Shown here in pieces: positions 10,273 to 19,167 of a stretch of DNA of 64,000 bases (positions are counted from its first letter, which is position 1; every line of letters begins with the position of its first letter). The stretch is taken from positions 2,752,001-2,816,000 of the forward strand of contig CBDBEV010000001.1 of the NCBI GenBank assembly GCA_965204535.1, read 5' to 3'. This DNA is from a bacterium (GTDB lineage Bacteria > UBA8248). The translations under genes were made by a program, and so were the position numbers. Under the pieces are notes generated by a model. The model had not been told where the DNA came from, searched no databases, and worked only from the letters and a program-made list of their open reading frames with translations.

Positions 10273-11493
10273 ATGAAATCCGCCGACACGTCTCGATCGA
10301 TACGGGATGCCTCACTGGCGCTACTGCCGTGGCTTTCCGAGACCAGGCGCACCCTTCATATGAATCCCGAACTCGCTTACGAGGAGCATGAAACCTCCCG
10401 CCTCATCGTGAAGAACCTCGAGAGTTTCGGGCTTGGTGTACATGCCGGCATCGCGAAAACCGGAGTGGTCGGCCTGCTCGAGACGGGACGTCCCGGCCCC
10501 ACCATCGGCATCCGCGCCGATATGGATGCGCTCTCCATCGATGAGTCCAACGACGTACCCTACAAGAGCCGCCGGCCGGGGAAGATGCACGCCTGTGGTC
10601 ATGACGCTCATGTGAGCATGCTGCTGGGCGCGGCTCGCCTGCTTTCCGAGAATAAAAGCTGGCTTGATGGCCTGGGAGGCAACGTCAAATTCATATTTCA
10701 GCCGGCGGAGGAAGGCAAGGCCGGCGGCAAGAGAATGGTGGAAGAAGACGTTCTGGAAGAGCCGCGGGTGGACCTCCTCATCGCCGCGCACGTGTGGCCC
10801 GACATGCCTGTTGGCCATATCGGCACGAGGCCGGGCCCCTCGCTGGCGGCGGGCGACAGAGTCCAGATTCACGTCAGAGGCGTCAGCTCGCACGCGGCGT
10901 ATCCCCATCAATCCAAGGACGCCCTGCTGGCCGCCTGTCACTTGGTGACCGCGCTACAAAGCATCGTGAGCAGAAACGTCGGTCCTTTCGAATCCGCTGT
11001 TCTTTCGATCACTACGTTCGAAGCCGGCGTAGCGGTCAACATCGTGCCGCGTGACGCCAAGATCCAGGGCACCATCCGCACGCATGATCCAAAGGTCAGG
11101 GCGAAAGTGGCTGATCGCGTGCGGGACGTGGTGCGCGGCGTTGCCGAAGCCTTCGACGTGCAGATCGATCTCGAGATCACGCCGGGATATCCCGTTCTGG
11201 TGAACCACGAGTCGGCCGCCGCACTCGTCGAAAATGCGGGTACTCAGGTTCTCGGCGCAGAGAACGTGGCGGAGATGCCGCTTTCGATGGGAGCCGAGGA
11301 TTTCTCCTATATGGCGGAGAAGCGGCCCGGCGCATTGTTTCGCGTGGGCATATCGAACCCGGGAAAGGGATTCGTGCACGGGTTGCATTCCGATCTGTTC
11401 GACCTGGATGAGGACGCGTTGGCAGTCGGCGTCAGCGTCTTCGCTCAATCTGTGGTCGAGTTCCTGGGAAATTCGGAAAAATACCTCGCCTAG
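10273..11493 (+). CDS. M20D family amidohydrolase
   Basis: LHMNPELAYEE, RADMDAL, MHACGHDAH, FQPAEEG, MGAEDFS. Confidence 0.93.
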   Translation: MKSADTSRSIRDASLALLPWLSETRRTLHMNPELAYEEHETSRLIVKNLESFGLGVHAGIAKTGVVGLLETGRPGPTIGIRADMDALSIDESNDVPYKSRRPGKMHACGHDAHVSMLLGAARLLSENKSWLDGLGGNVKFIFQPAEEGKAGGKRMVEEDVLEEPRVDLLIAAHVWPDMPVGHIGTRPGPSLAAGDRVQIHVRGVSSHAAYPHQSKDALLAACHLVTALQSIVSRNVGPFESAVLSITTFEAGVAVNIVPRDAKIQGTIRTHDPKVRAKVADRVRDVVRGVAEAFDVQIDLEITPGYPVLVNHESAAALVENAGTQVLGAENVAEMPLSMGAEDFSYMAEKRPGALFRVGISNPGKGFVHGLHSDLFDLDEDALAVGVSVFAQSVVEFLGNSEKYLA

Positions 11494-11559
11494 AATTTCC
11501 AGGCTCCTCCGCGGGAGAGTATCTTTGAGGCCGTCGACTTTCGCGCGGAGACTCCCGCC

Positions 11560-12429
11560 TTGTTGATCGAACCGTTCGTTTTTCTCGCTCTGAGCGCGGC
11601 GCTCTCTTTTACATGCGCAGATATCTTCGCACGCAAAGGCTTGCAGTACGCCAACCATTTCGTGGGCGCCACCATCACGCTGGTGGGGGAGTTATGCTTC
11701 TTCGTTCCGTTGATTTTCCTCCTGTATCCCTCGTTCCCGGAAATGGGCGTGCATTATCTGTGGGTGATGATAGGAGGCCTGTGTAACCCGGGTCTGTTCC
11801 TCATCTTCTTCCTGATTGGTATCCACCGAATTGGCGTAGCGCGCGCGGCGCCCATAAAGGGTATGTCTCCCATATTCGCTGCTCTTTTCGCGCTCATTTT
11901 TCTGGGAGAGGACCCGGCCTGGTATCATCTGGTAGGCATTGTGTTCGTGGTGGGCGGTATCGTATTGCTCGTGTCGGGAAAGACGGAAGGGCGATGGAGC
12001 CGTTGGGACGCTCGGTGGCCCCTGATCGCGGCGATCATTTCGGGGTTTGGAGCCATGTCCTGGAAGAAGGGGTTGGTCGCCTTTCCGAGCGCACTTCCCG
12101 CTTCGATGGTAGGCGCCGCCGCCGCTCTCGTCTTGGTGGGCGCATACACCTGTTACGCCTTGCGTGAAGAGGAGGCAGGAGACGTAAAACAAGCGTTTTG
12201 GCCGTATTTCTTGGGTGGAATAGCGGCGGGGATGGGAATTTTTCTCTTCACCTCCGCCTTGCAGGTGAGCCAGGTTTTCAGGGTGGTGCCGCTCGTTCAG
12301 ATCAGCCCTTTGTTCACCGTGCTTTTCAGTGTGATCTTTCTCAGGAGAGCCGAGTTCATCACATGGCGCGTACCCGCGGGAGCAACGCTCACCGTGAGCG
12401 GGGTGATACTCGTCGTCTTGCGCGTTTGA
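11560..12429 (+). CDS. EamA/DMT family transporter
   Basis: About 10 hydrophobic segments in two repeats; IGVARAAPIKGMSPIFAALFALIFLGE. Confidence 0.85.
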   Translation: MLIEPFVFLALSAALSFTCADIFARKGLQYANHFVGATITLVGELCFFVPLIFLLYPSFPEMGVHYLWVMIGGLCNPGLFLIFFLIGIHRIGVARAAPIKGMSPIFAALFALIFLGEDPAWYHLVGIVFVVGGIVLLVSGKTEGRWSRWDARWPLIAAIISGFGAMSWKKGLVAFPSALPASMVGAAAALVLVGAYTCYALREEEAGDVKQAFWPYFLGGIAAGMGIFLFTSALQVSQVFRVVPLVQISPLFTVLFSVIFLRRAEFITWRVPAGATLTVSGVILVVLRV

Positions 12430-12526
12430 AACAGAGGAGCAGGATGGACTTCCGGCGCGAAAACCAGTATAAATCCCACCCTTGATGGTCTGGGGTTTCC
12501 CGTCCCGGCCATCATGGAATTTACTT

Positions 12527-12604
12527 GTCCCCATCGTCTAGCCTGGCCCAGGACACCGGCCTTTCACGCCGGCAACAGGGGTTCGAATCCCCTTGGGGAC
12601 GCCA
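12527..12604 (+). tRNA. tRNA-Glu (anticodon TTC)
   Basis: Acceptor stem GTCCCCA/TGGGGAC, anticodon arm CCGGC-CTTTCAC-GCCGG, T-loop GGTTCGAATCC, encoded CCA. Confidence 0.97.
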
Positions 12605-12728
12605 AGCCTGAATATCGAAATTTCTTTCCCGTCAAGTCGGGCGGCGCGAGGGTGTAACAACGCGCGCCTTGGGGGGACGGCCACCAGCGCCGTTACTCCG
12701 TTCACGCCTCATGCGTATGCGATGAGGC

Positions 12729-14636
12729 GTGGGGAAAAGCGCCCGACGCATGAAACAACTCATTCTGACGAGGATCGATTCCATCCCACATGAGCGGCTG
12801 GCCGAGCATCTGGGGCCCTGGTCGCTCTCGAAGTCCCAGTTTTTCGAGTGGGAGTGGCGAAAATACGGAATCGAACCGCCCCTCGAAAGTGAAGATGTTC
12901 ACTCCGTCTCCAGGAGACTGGAGACGGTTTGTGAATACTATCTTTCTAGACTGAGGACCCGGCAAAACGAAAGGCACGGACGTTCCTATTCGAATCGTTA
13001 CTGGCGCATATTGTTCATGCCGTGGCTCGTCAATTTGGCCATGTGCGCATTCGAGCGGTTTTTGCGTGTAAGAAATCGAATCAGGAGCGGAGTTCCGTAT
13101 CTGGCGTATCTCACGCCGCGTGATGAGGTCCTCTCGGCTATCACGACACATCATTTCAACCAGATGATGATTGACGACCCGCTGAACCGGCTGATCTTCA
13201 GCAGGTTCATACGTGCATTCCGGCCCCACGGCTGGGTGTTCCGAGAGGGCGCGCCGGCCCCGGAAGATTTATATTTTTCTTTGAGCCCCTCCCTAGGCGC
13301 GTCTACAATAGAAACCCACGCCGTTTTCAAGAAAACGCAAAGAAAAATGGAGGTGTATCGCTGGGCCAGCATCCTCTCCTCAAACCTGGGATACGTGCAG
13401 TTTCATAAAGTGCACGGCTTAAGTCCGCTGGATGCCGCTTATATATCCTTGCGGATGGTGTTTCGAGGCAGAAGACGCTGGAGGGAGGCCGCGAGAGCGT
13501 TCCAGAAGACGCCTGAGGCGGGAAATGCGCACCTCACCAGGGAAGACGTGGTTGGAGAACTCCAATCGATTCAACACATCGTGACCGAGGAGGCCGGGAT
13601 TTTCCTGAACGTTTTGGATGAACTCGTTTCGGAGACGATGCCGAGGGTATTCACGGAGCATTATTTGAAAAACGAGAAAAAAGCCCTGCTCAAGGTGAAG
13701 GCGACGGCGCCCTGGACGGACACCATTGCCTATGGCCATCTGGGCAATGACGATCAGTCGAACTTTTACGTGGCCGCTCTTCTCGAAAATCGCCCTGCAA
13801 GGCTGATAATCAATCAACACGGAGGGAACTACGGCATCGTCGAATCTGCACCCGGGCATCAACTTACGGAGTATGAGACGGCCGATCGGTTCCTATCGTG
13901 GGGATGGAAGCGCCAATCCGACTATCGGATAAGTGCCGTGCAGGCGGCCTCCCCTTTTCTTTCAAAGATGAGGCGGAGCAAGAAGCGGGGCTCATCCATT
14001 ATTCTGGTCAGTTCCGAACTCACTCCCTATCTCAAATGGCTGGCGGCGGACTGTCTTCCCGAAGACATCGCGCGCTACATGCGGGAGAAGGCGAGTTTCA
14101 TCGAACACTTAGGCGACATTCCTCGCACCGCCTTGTGGTACAGGCCGTATATGCGTAGGCGGAACAATCGTTATGACCAAGCCTACATCGAATCGCGATA
14201 TCCCGACGTAAAAATACTTCACGGGAAAATAGCGCGATACATGCCGAGCAGGCTTTCGTCTGCGTTGTCGAACTGCGGCGTTTGCGTTCTCGACCGTCCG
14301 GGCACGACCGCTGCCTTTACGATGGCGGTCGGCATTCCGACCCTCTTCTTTGGCCATCGAAACGCCTGGCGAGTTTCGAATCATGCGAAACCCTACTTCC
14401 GAAAACTCTCAAGTGTGAGTGTTTATCATTCATCCGGCGAAGGCGCGGCGAGACACCTGAACGCCATCTGGCCCGACATGGATTCGTGGTGGGAGGATGG
14501 CCGCACACGGGAAGCCGTCGCCGAGTTTACGCATCGCTACTACAGAAGCAGCAGGAATTGGCGTGCGGAATGGGTGGAAATTTTCTCGTCTCCCGATTCC
14601 GAATTGTGGCGAAACGACGAGGAGGAGACGGGCTGA
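12729..14636 (+). CDS. LIC12162-family putative transferase (surface glycan biosynthesis)
   Basis: YWRILFMPWL, NQHGGNYG, FLSWGW, C-terminal GIPTLFF..YFRKL..WPDMDSWW pattern; first gene of the nonulosonate operon. Confidence 0.7.
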   Translation: MGKSARRMKQLILTRIDSIPHERLAEHLGPWSLSKSQFFEWEWRKYGIEPPLESEDVHSVSRRLETVCEYYLSRLRTRQNERHGRSYSNRYWRILFMPWLVNLAMCAFERFLRVRNRIRSGVPYLAYLTPRDEVLSAITTHHFNQMMIDDPLNRLIFSRFIRAFRPHGWVFREGAPAPEDLYFSLSPSLGASTIETHAVFKKTQRKMEVYRWASILSSNLGYVQFHKVHGLSPLDAAYISLRMVFRGRRRWREAARAFQKTPEAGNAHLTREDVVGELQSIQHIVTEEAGIFLNVLDELVSETMPRVFTEHYLKNEKKALLKVKATAPWTDTIAYGHLGNDDQSNFYVAALLENRPARLIINQHGGNYGIVESAPGHQLTEYETADRFLSWGWKRQSDYRISAVQAASPFLSKMRRSKKRGSSIILVSSELTPYLKWLAADCLPEDIARYMREKASFIEHLGDIPRTALWYRPYMRRRNNRYDQAYIESRYPDVKILHGKIARYMPSRLSSALSNCGVCVLDRPGTTAAFTMAVGIPTLFFGHRNAWRVSNHAKPYFRKLSSVSVYHSSGEGAARHLNAIWPDMDSWWEDGRTREAVAEFTHRYYRSSRNWRAEWVEIFSSPDSELWRNDEEETG

Positions 14637-15901
14637 TGGCCAGAGTATCGCTTGCGGGAGATATGTTCGGCGATTTCAAAGTCGAAAATGGGCGGCTGAT
14701 AGGCGTCTATGGCCCTTCTCTGCCTAAAGACATAGGCCTTGACGATGAAGCTCTCAGGGAACGGATTCGAAACCCGATCGGCACGCCCCCTCTCCGGGAG
14801 ATCTCCAAAGGTGCGGAGAAAGTGTTGATCGTCACGGACGACAATACGCGCCATACCCCATTGCATCGCGTGCTTCCTCTCATTCTGGAGGAACTCGCCG
14901 ATGCGGGCGTCTCGGATTCCTCGGTCCGTATTCTCATCGGTTTGGGTACGCACCGCGCCATGTCGGATGAGGAAATACGGCGCAAGTTCGGTGATGAACT
15001 GACGTCGCGATTCCAGATTATCAACCACGAATGGAAAAACCCTGCAAAGCTGACTTCTTTGGGACAGAGTGAACTGGGGTTCGAAGTGCTGATGAACAGG
15101 GAAATCTTGGGGGCGGATCTCCTCATATCCGTCGGCAGCATCATCCCCCATGCGACGGCGGGGTTTTCCGGCGGGGCGAAGAGCGTGATGCCCGGCATTT
15201 GCGGCGAAGCCACGATAGCGGCGACCCATTGGGCCGCCCTGGATTATGAGATGAGCGAAATTCTCGGCAACTTCGACAACAAGGTGAGAGAAGCGTTCGT
15301 TCACATTGCGCGTCGGGCCGGGCTGCGCTTCATCGTCAACACGATCATGATGGATGAGAAAAGAATTTATGACGCCGTTGCAGGGGACGTGGAGTTGGCG
15401 CACGAGGCGGGCTGTGAGAGATGCCTGAAGCTATACGGCGCTTCGATTCCTGCCAAGGCGGAAGTCGTCGTCACGGAAGCTTATCCGTCTGACGTCGATC
15501 TGCGGCAGGCCATCAAGGCCGTGTGCGCGGCGGACATCGTCTGCCGCGACGGCGGGGTGATCATCCTGGCCGCGGATTGCCGGGAAGGCATCTCTCCGCA
15601 ATTCCCCAGTTTTGAATGTTATGGATTCAAAGATCCTGACACGCTTTATCGCAAGGTTGAAGCTGGTGAATTTCGTGAAAAACTCCTGGCCTATACGCTG
15701 GTCGCCATCGGCAGAATCATTTCCAAGCGCGTGAGGGGTATCTTGGTTTCTCCTCGCATTAGTCGCGAGGAGGCGGAGCGAATGGGATTCGGCTGGGCCG
15801 GGTCGATAGGGGTGGCGATTGATGCCGCCTTGGAATCAAGAAGACCGGATTCGAAAGTAGTCGTGCTTCGACAGGCGGGACAAATCATGCCCGTGATTTG
15901 A
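14636..15901 (+). CDS. larA: LarA-family (nickel-pincer nucleotide dependent) racemase/epimerase
   Basis: NPIGTPPL, DDNTRHTP, GLGTHR, IPHATAGFSGGAKSVMPG, QAIKAV; TGATG overlap with upstream gene. Confidence 0.88.
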   Translation: MARVSLAGDMFGDFKVENGRLIGVYGPSLPKDIGLDDEALRERIRNPIGTPPLREISKGAEKVLIVTDDNTRHTPLHRVLPLILEELADAGVSDSSVRILIGLGTHRAMSDEEIRRKFGDELTSRFQIINHEWKNPAKLTSLGQSELGFEVLMNREILGADLLISVGSIIPHATAGFSGGAKSVMPGICGEATIAATHWAALDYEMSEILGNFDNKVREAFVHIARRAGLRFIVNTIMMDEKRIYDAVAGDVELAHEAGCERCLKLYGASIPAKAEVVVTEAYPSDVDLRQAIKAVCAADIVCRDGGVIILAADCREGISPQFPSFECYGFKDPDTLYRKVEAGEFREKLLAYTLVAIGRIISKRVRGILVSPRISREEAERMGFGWAGSIGVAIDAALESRRPDSKVVVLRQAGQIMPVI

Positions 15902-17520
15902 CGCATAAAAGCAGAGGGAGAAGAGAGTTGATCGTCGCCGTCATACCCGCCAAGCGTCATTCGGGTCGTTTGGCGGACAAGAATTTGCTGGAAATCGACG
16001 GATTGCCTTTGGTGGCGCACGCGATTCGGTACGCACGAAGATTCAAGAGCGTGGACAAGGTTGTCGTATCAACCGATTCGAAGGAGGTCGCCGAAATCGC
16101 CAGGCGAAACGGCGCGATGACTCATTTGCGTGGCCCGGAGTTGGGCGGTGAGGCGCCGCTCATCGAAGTCTACCGGGATGTCGCGGAGAAATTGTATCGC
16201 GAGAACATTTCTTTCCTCGTTGGAATTCAGCCTGATCATCCGAACAGAAAAAGCGATCTGGATACTCTATTGAAGTATGTCAAAGAAAACCGGATCGACG
16301 ATTTGTGCACGGTGGACCGCCACGGCAAGCGCAACGGAGCACTCAGAATCATGAGTATGAAAGCCTTAACGGTGGACCCGCCTCTACACTCCTCCGTCGT
16401 TCAGGATGATTGCATCAACATCCACACTGCATTCGACTTTGCCATGGCCGCGCATGAGATGAGTCCGCATTCGAAGGAAATTTCCGTCGGCAACAAGATG
16501 ATAGGCGAGAGGCATCCCACCTTCGTGATTGCCGAGGCCGCCTGCAATCACATGTGTGACTTAGAAACGGCCAAGGAGATGATCGGCTTGGCTGCGGAAG
16601 CCGGGGCGGATGCGATCAAGTTCCAGACCTACAAGGCGGAGCGTCTGACGCGCAAAGGTGCGATGACCTACTGGCGGGGAAAGCGGATTCCGCAAATCGA
16701 GTATTATCGGAAACTCGATCGCTTCGGTGCGCCCGAATATGAGGCACTTATCAAACATGGCCGCGAGAAGGACATCATCACGTTCTCCACGCCGTTCGAC
16801 GTCCAAAGCGCCAAGATGCTGAACGATTTGGGCGCACCGATCTTCAAGATAGCCTCGTGCGATCTGCCCGACAGCCGGTTGCTCAAGTGCGTGGCCGGTT
16901 TCGGCATGCCCGTTATTCTTTCGACCGGTGGTTCGACGGTGGAGGAGACCGAGCGTGCGGTCGCCACAATTTTTTCAACGGGCAACCACCAACTCATCCT
17001 CATGGCCTGCACCTTGAGTTATCCGGCTGCGGACGAGGACGCGAACCTTTTGCGTATCCGCGCTTTGAAGGAACGATATCCCGGCATCATCGTCGGTTTG
17101 TCCGATCATGCGGAGCCGGATGCGCACATGGTCATCCCTGCGCTGGGCGTGGCCCTGGGCGCGAAGGTTATCGAAAAACACTACACCCTGGATCGGAAGT
17201 TGAGCGGTTCAGGGCATTTCTTTTCGATGAACCCGGAAGATTTGAAGAAAATGATGCAAAACGTTCGTCTTGCCGAAAGCGTTTTGGGCGACGGTACGCT
17301 CGGAATCGTCGAAGCGGAAAACTCCGCGCGACACAGCGCAAGACGCAGCATCGTCGCCGAACGGAATATCGAGCGCGGAGAGACCATTGAATCCTCGATG
17401 TTGGGCATGAAGCGTCCCGCAGAGGGACTTCCGGGCTGGATGATGGATGCGTTGATCGGCAAACAAGCGAAAACGAACATCGAGGTGGATCAGGCAATCT
17501 CGATGGACATGGTGGAATGA
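15898..17520 (+). CDS. neuB: Fusion of NeuA-like cytidylyltransferase and NeuB-like nonulosonate synthase with SAF domain
   Basis: N-terminal VIPAKRHSGRLADKN, VVSTDS; then FVIAEAACNH, ADAIKFQTY, FSTPFD, GLSDH, IEKHYTLD, RRSIVA..KRP. Confidence 0.9.
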   Translation: MTHKSRGRRELIVAVIPAKRHSGRLADKNLLEIDGLPLVAHAIRYARRFKSVDKVVVSTDSKEVAEIARRNGAMTHLRGPELGGEAPLIEVYRDVAEKLYRENISFLVGIQPDHPNRKSDLDTLLKYVKENRIDDLCTVDRHGKRNGALRIMSMKALTVDPPLHSSVVQDDCINIHTAFDFAMAAHEMSPHSKEISVGNKMIGERHPTFVIAEAACNHMCDLETAKEMIGLAAEAGADAIKFQTYKAERLTRKGAMTYWRGKRIPQIEYYRKLDRFGAPEYEALIKHGREKDIITFSTPFDVQSAKMLNDLGAPIFKIASCDLPDSRLLKCVAGFGMPVILSTGGSTVEETERAVATIFSTGNHQLILMACTLSYPAADEDANLLRIRALKERYPGIIVGLSDHAEPDAHMVIPALGVALGAKVIEKHYTLDRKLSGSGHFFSMNPEDLKKMMQNVRLAESVLGDGTLGIVEAENSARHSARRSIVAERNIERGETIESSMLGMKRPAEGLPGWMMDALIGKQAKTNIEVDQAISMDMVE

Positions 17521-17559
17521 TCTTGGAGGCGGGATTCATGCCAATAGGGTTGATTCGTC

Positions 17560-18990
17560 ATGCCTAAAGTCACGGTATACATTTCCGCCCATAACTACGG
17601 CCGTTTTCTCGACGCCGCGGTACAGAGCGTGCTGAAGCAGACGATGGACGACTGGGAGTTGATCGTCATCGACGACGGCTCGACCGACGACACTTCAGAA
17701 ATACTCGCGCCCTACGGAACGCATCCCAAGATTCGCATTCTCGAGCAGGAAAACAGGGGCTTGAGTTTTACGAACAACGTCGCCCTGCGCATCGCCAGGG
17801 GTGAATACCTTATGCGGTTGGATGCGGATGATTTCCTGGATGAGAACATTCTTTTGGTTCTCTCCCATGTTCTGGACACGAAGCCCGGCGTGGGTCTGGT
17901 GTATCCGGATTATTATCACGTGGCCGAGGATGGAGAGATCACTGAAATCGTTCGTCTCCAGAAAATAGGAGAAGAGGCCGATTTGCTCGATCTTCCGGCC
18001 CATGGCGCGTGCACCATGATTCGCAGGGAAGTTCTGCTCGAAATAGGCGGTTATTTCGAGGAGTTTGATCGTCAGGACGGCTACGGGATGTGGCTGAAAT
18101 TTATCGAGCGGCACCATCCATATAATGTGAATTTGCCCTTGTTTTACTATCGACGACACGGCGAGAGCTTGTCGAAATCCCGGGGGCTTCTCATGGAGAC
18201 GCGCCGCAAAATCAAAAGACGGGTGGTGGAGGAGATGAACCTCTCCCGCAAACCGAAAGTGTTGGCGCTCGTTCCTGTCATCGTGGATACGGGATTCACG
18301 CTTGGAAATCCTTTTACACGGCTTATGGGAAAATCGCTACTGGAGCGAACCCTGGAGCAAATCCAGGAAGCGCGCTCCGTCGACAGGATAGTCGTATCCT
18401 CGAACGATGAAGAGGTATTGGCTTACGCTCAGTGCTTGGAGGGAGTAGACGGCCTCATCCGACCCGAAGCGCTGGCGAAATCGACGGCCAAGATGGAGGA
18501 TACGGCACTTCATGTTTTGAGGACGTTGAAGGAGCGGGGATATGTCCCTGACGCTGTTTGCGTATGTTGTATCAACACCCCTTTTCGCAGGGGCAGACAC
18601 ATCGACAAGGCCGTGGACACCATGACGATTTTCGGCGTCGATTCCGTGATATCCGTAGCCGAGGATCTTTCGTTTTTCTATCATCACGGGAAAAACGGAC
18701 TCACCCCGGTCAACGGCTCTCTCCAGAGAACGCTGCGTCTGGAGAGAAAGGCGTTGTTCAAGGAAAACGGCGCGATTTTCCTGAATCGCGTGGACACGGT
18801 TTGGGCCGGGAAATTCCTGGGAGAAAAAATAGGGCACATCACGATGCTTCCGGAGGAAAGCGTGAGAATCAATTCCGAATATGAGTTTTGGCTGGCGGAG
18901 AAAATAGCCGCCGAGTGGATGCAGTCGGCTCTATCTGCTAAACTCGTTGATGTTCAAAACCCGATAAATGCTACTCCACGAGATAAATAA
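17560..18990 (+). CDS. Fusion of GT2 glycosyltransferase and C-terminal NeuA-like cytidylyltransferase domain
   Basis: IDDGSTD, RLDADD; C-terminal GKSLLE..IVVSSNDEE..RPEALA..NTPFR..ENGAIF. Confidence 0.85.
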   Translation: MPKVTVYISAHNYGRFLDAAVQSVLKQTMDDWELIVIDDGSTDDTSEILAPYGTHPKIRILEQENRGLSFTNNVALRIARGEYLMRLDADDFLDENILLVLSHVLDTKPGVGLVYPDYYHVAEDGEITEIVRLQKIGEEADLLDLPAHGACTMIRREVLLEIGGYFEEFDRQDGYGMWLKFIERHHPYNVNLPLFYYRRHGESLSKSRGLLMETRRKIKRRVVEEMNLSRKPKVLALVPVIVDTGFTLGNPFTRLMGKSLLERTLEQIQEARSVDRIVVSSNDEEVLAYAQCLEGVDGLIRPEALAKSTAKMEDTALHVLRTLKERGYVPDAVCVCCINTPFRRGRHIDKAVDTMTIFGVDSVISVAEDLSFFYHHGKNGLTPVNGSLQRTLRLERKALFKENGAIFLNRVDTVWAGKFLGEKIGHITMLPEESVRINSEYEFWLAEKIAAEWMQSALSAKLVDVQNPINATPRDK

Positions 18991-19167
18991 GACCCGCCAC
19001 GAGGCAAAGGTTCCGGAAATATCGATCCGGCCCGGTAGCGAGGACGATGAAACGCATGGCGTAACCTCCAGGGCGCGTTGAGTGATTCTCTTGATGCGCT
19101 CGGGGTTTTCGGCTCGCTGCAATCGTTTTGGTTTCGGGCAATTTCCGGCTTAACCAAAAGAAGCCGT

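Noticed and set aside
14282-14635. N-terminal extension of the LarA ORF
   Set aside because: Overlaps the upstream gene; ATG 14636 has a GGAGGAG RBS and a TGATG coupling.
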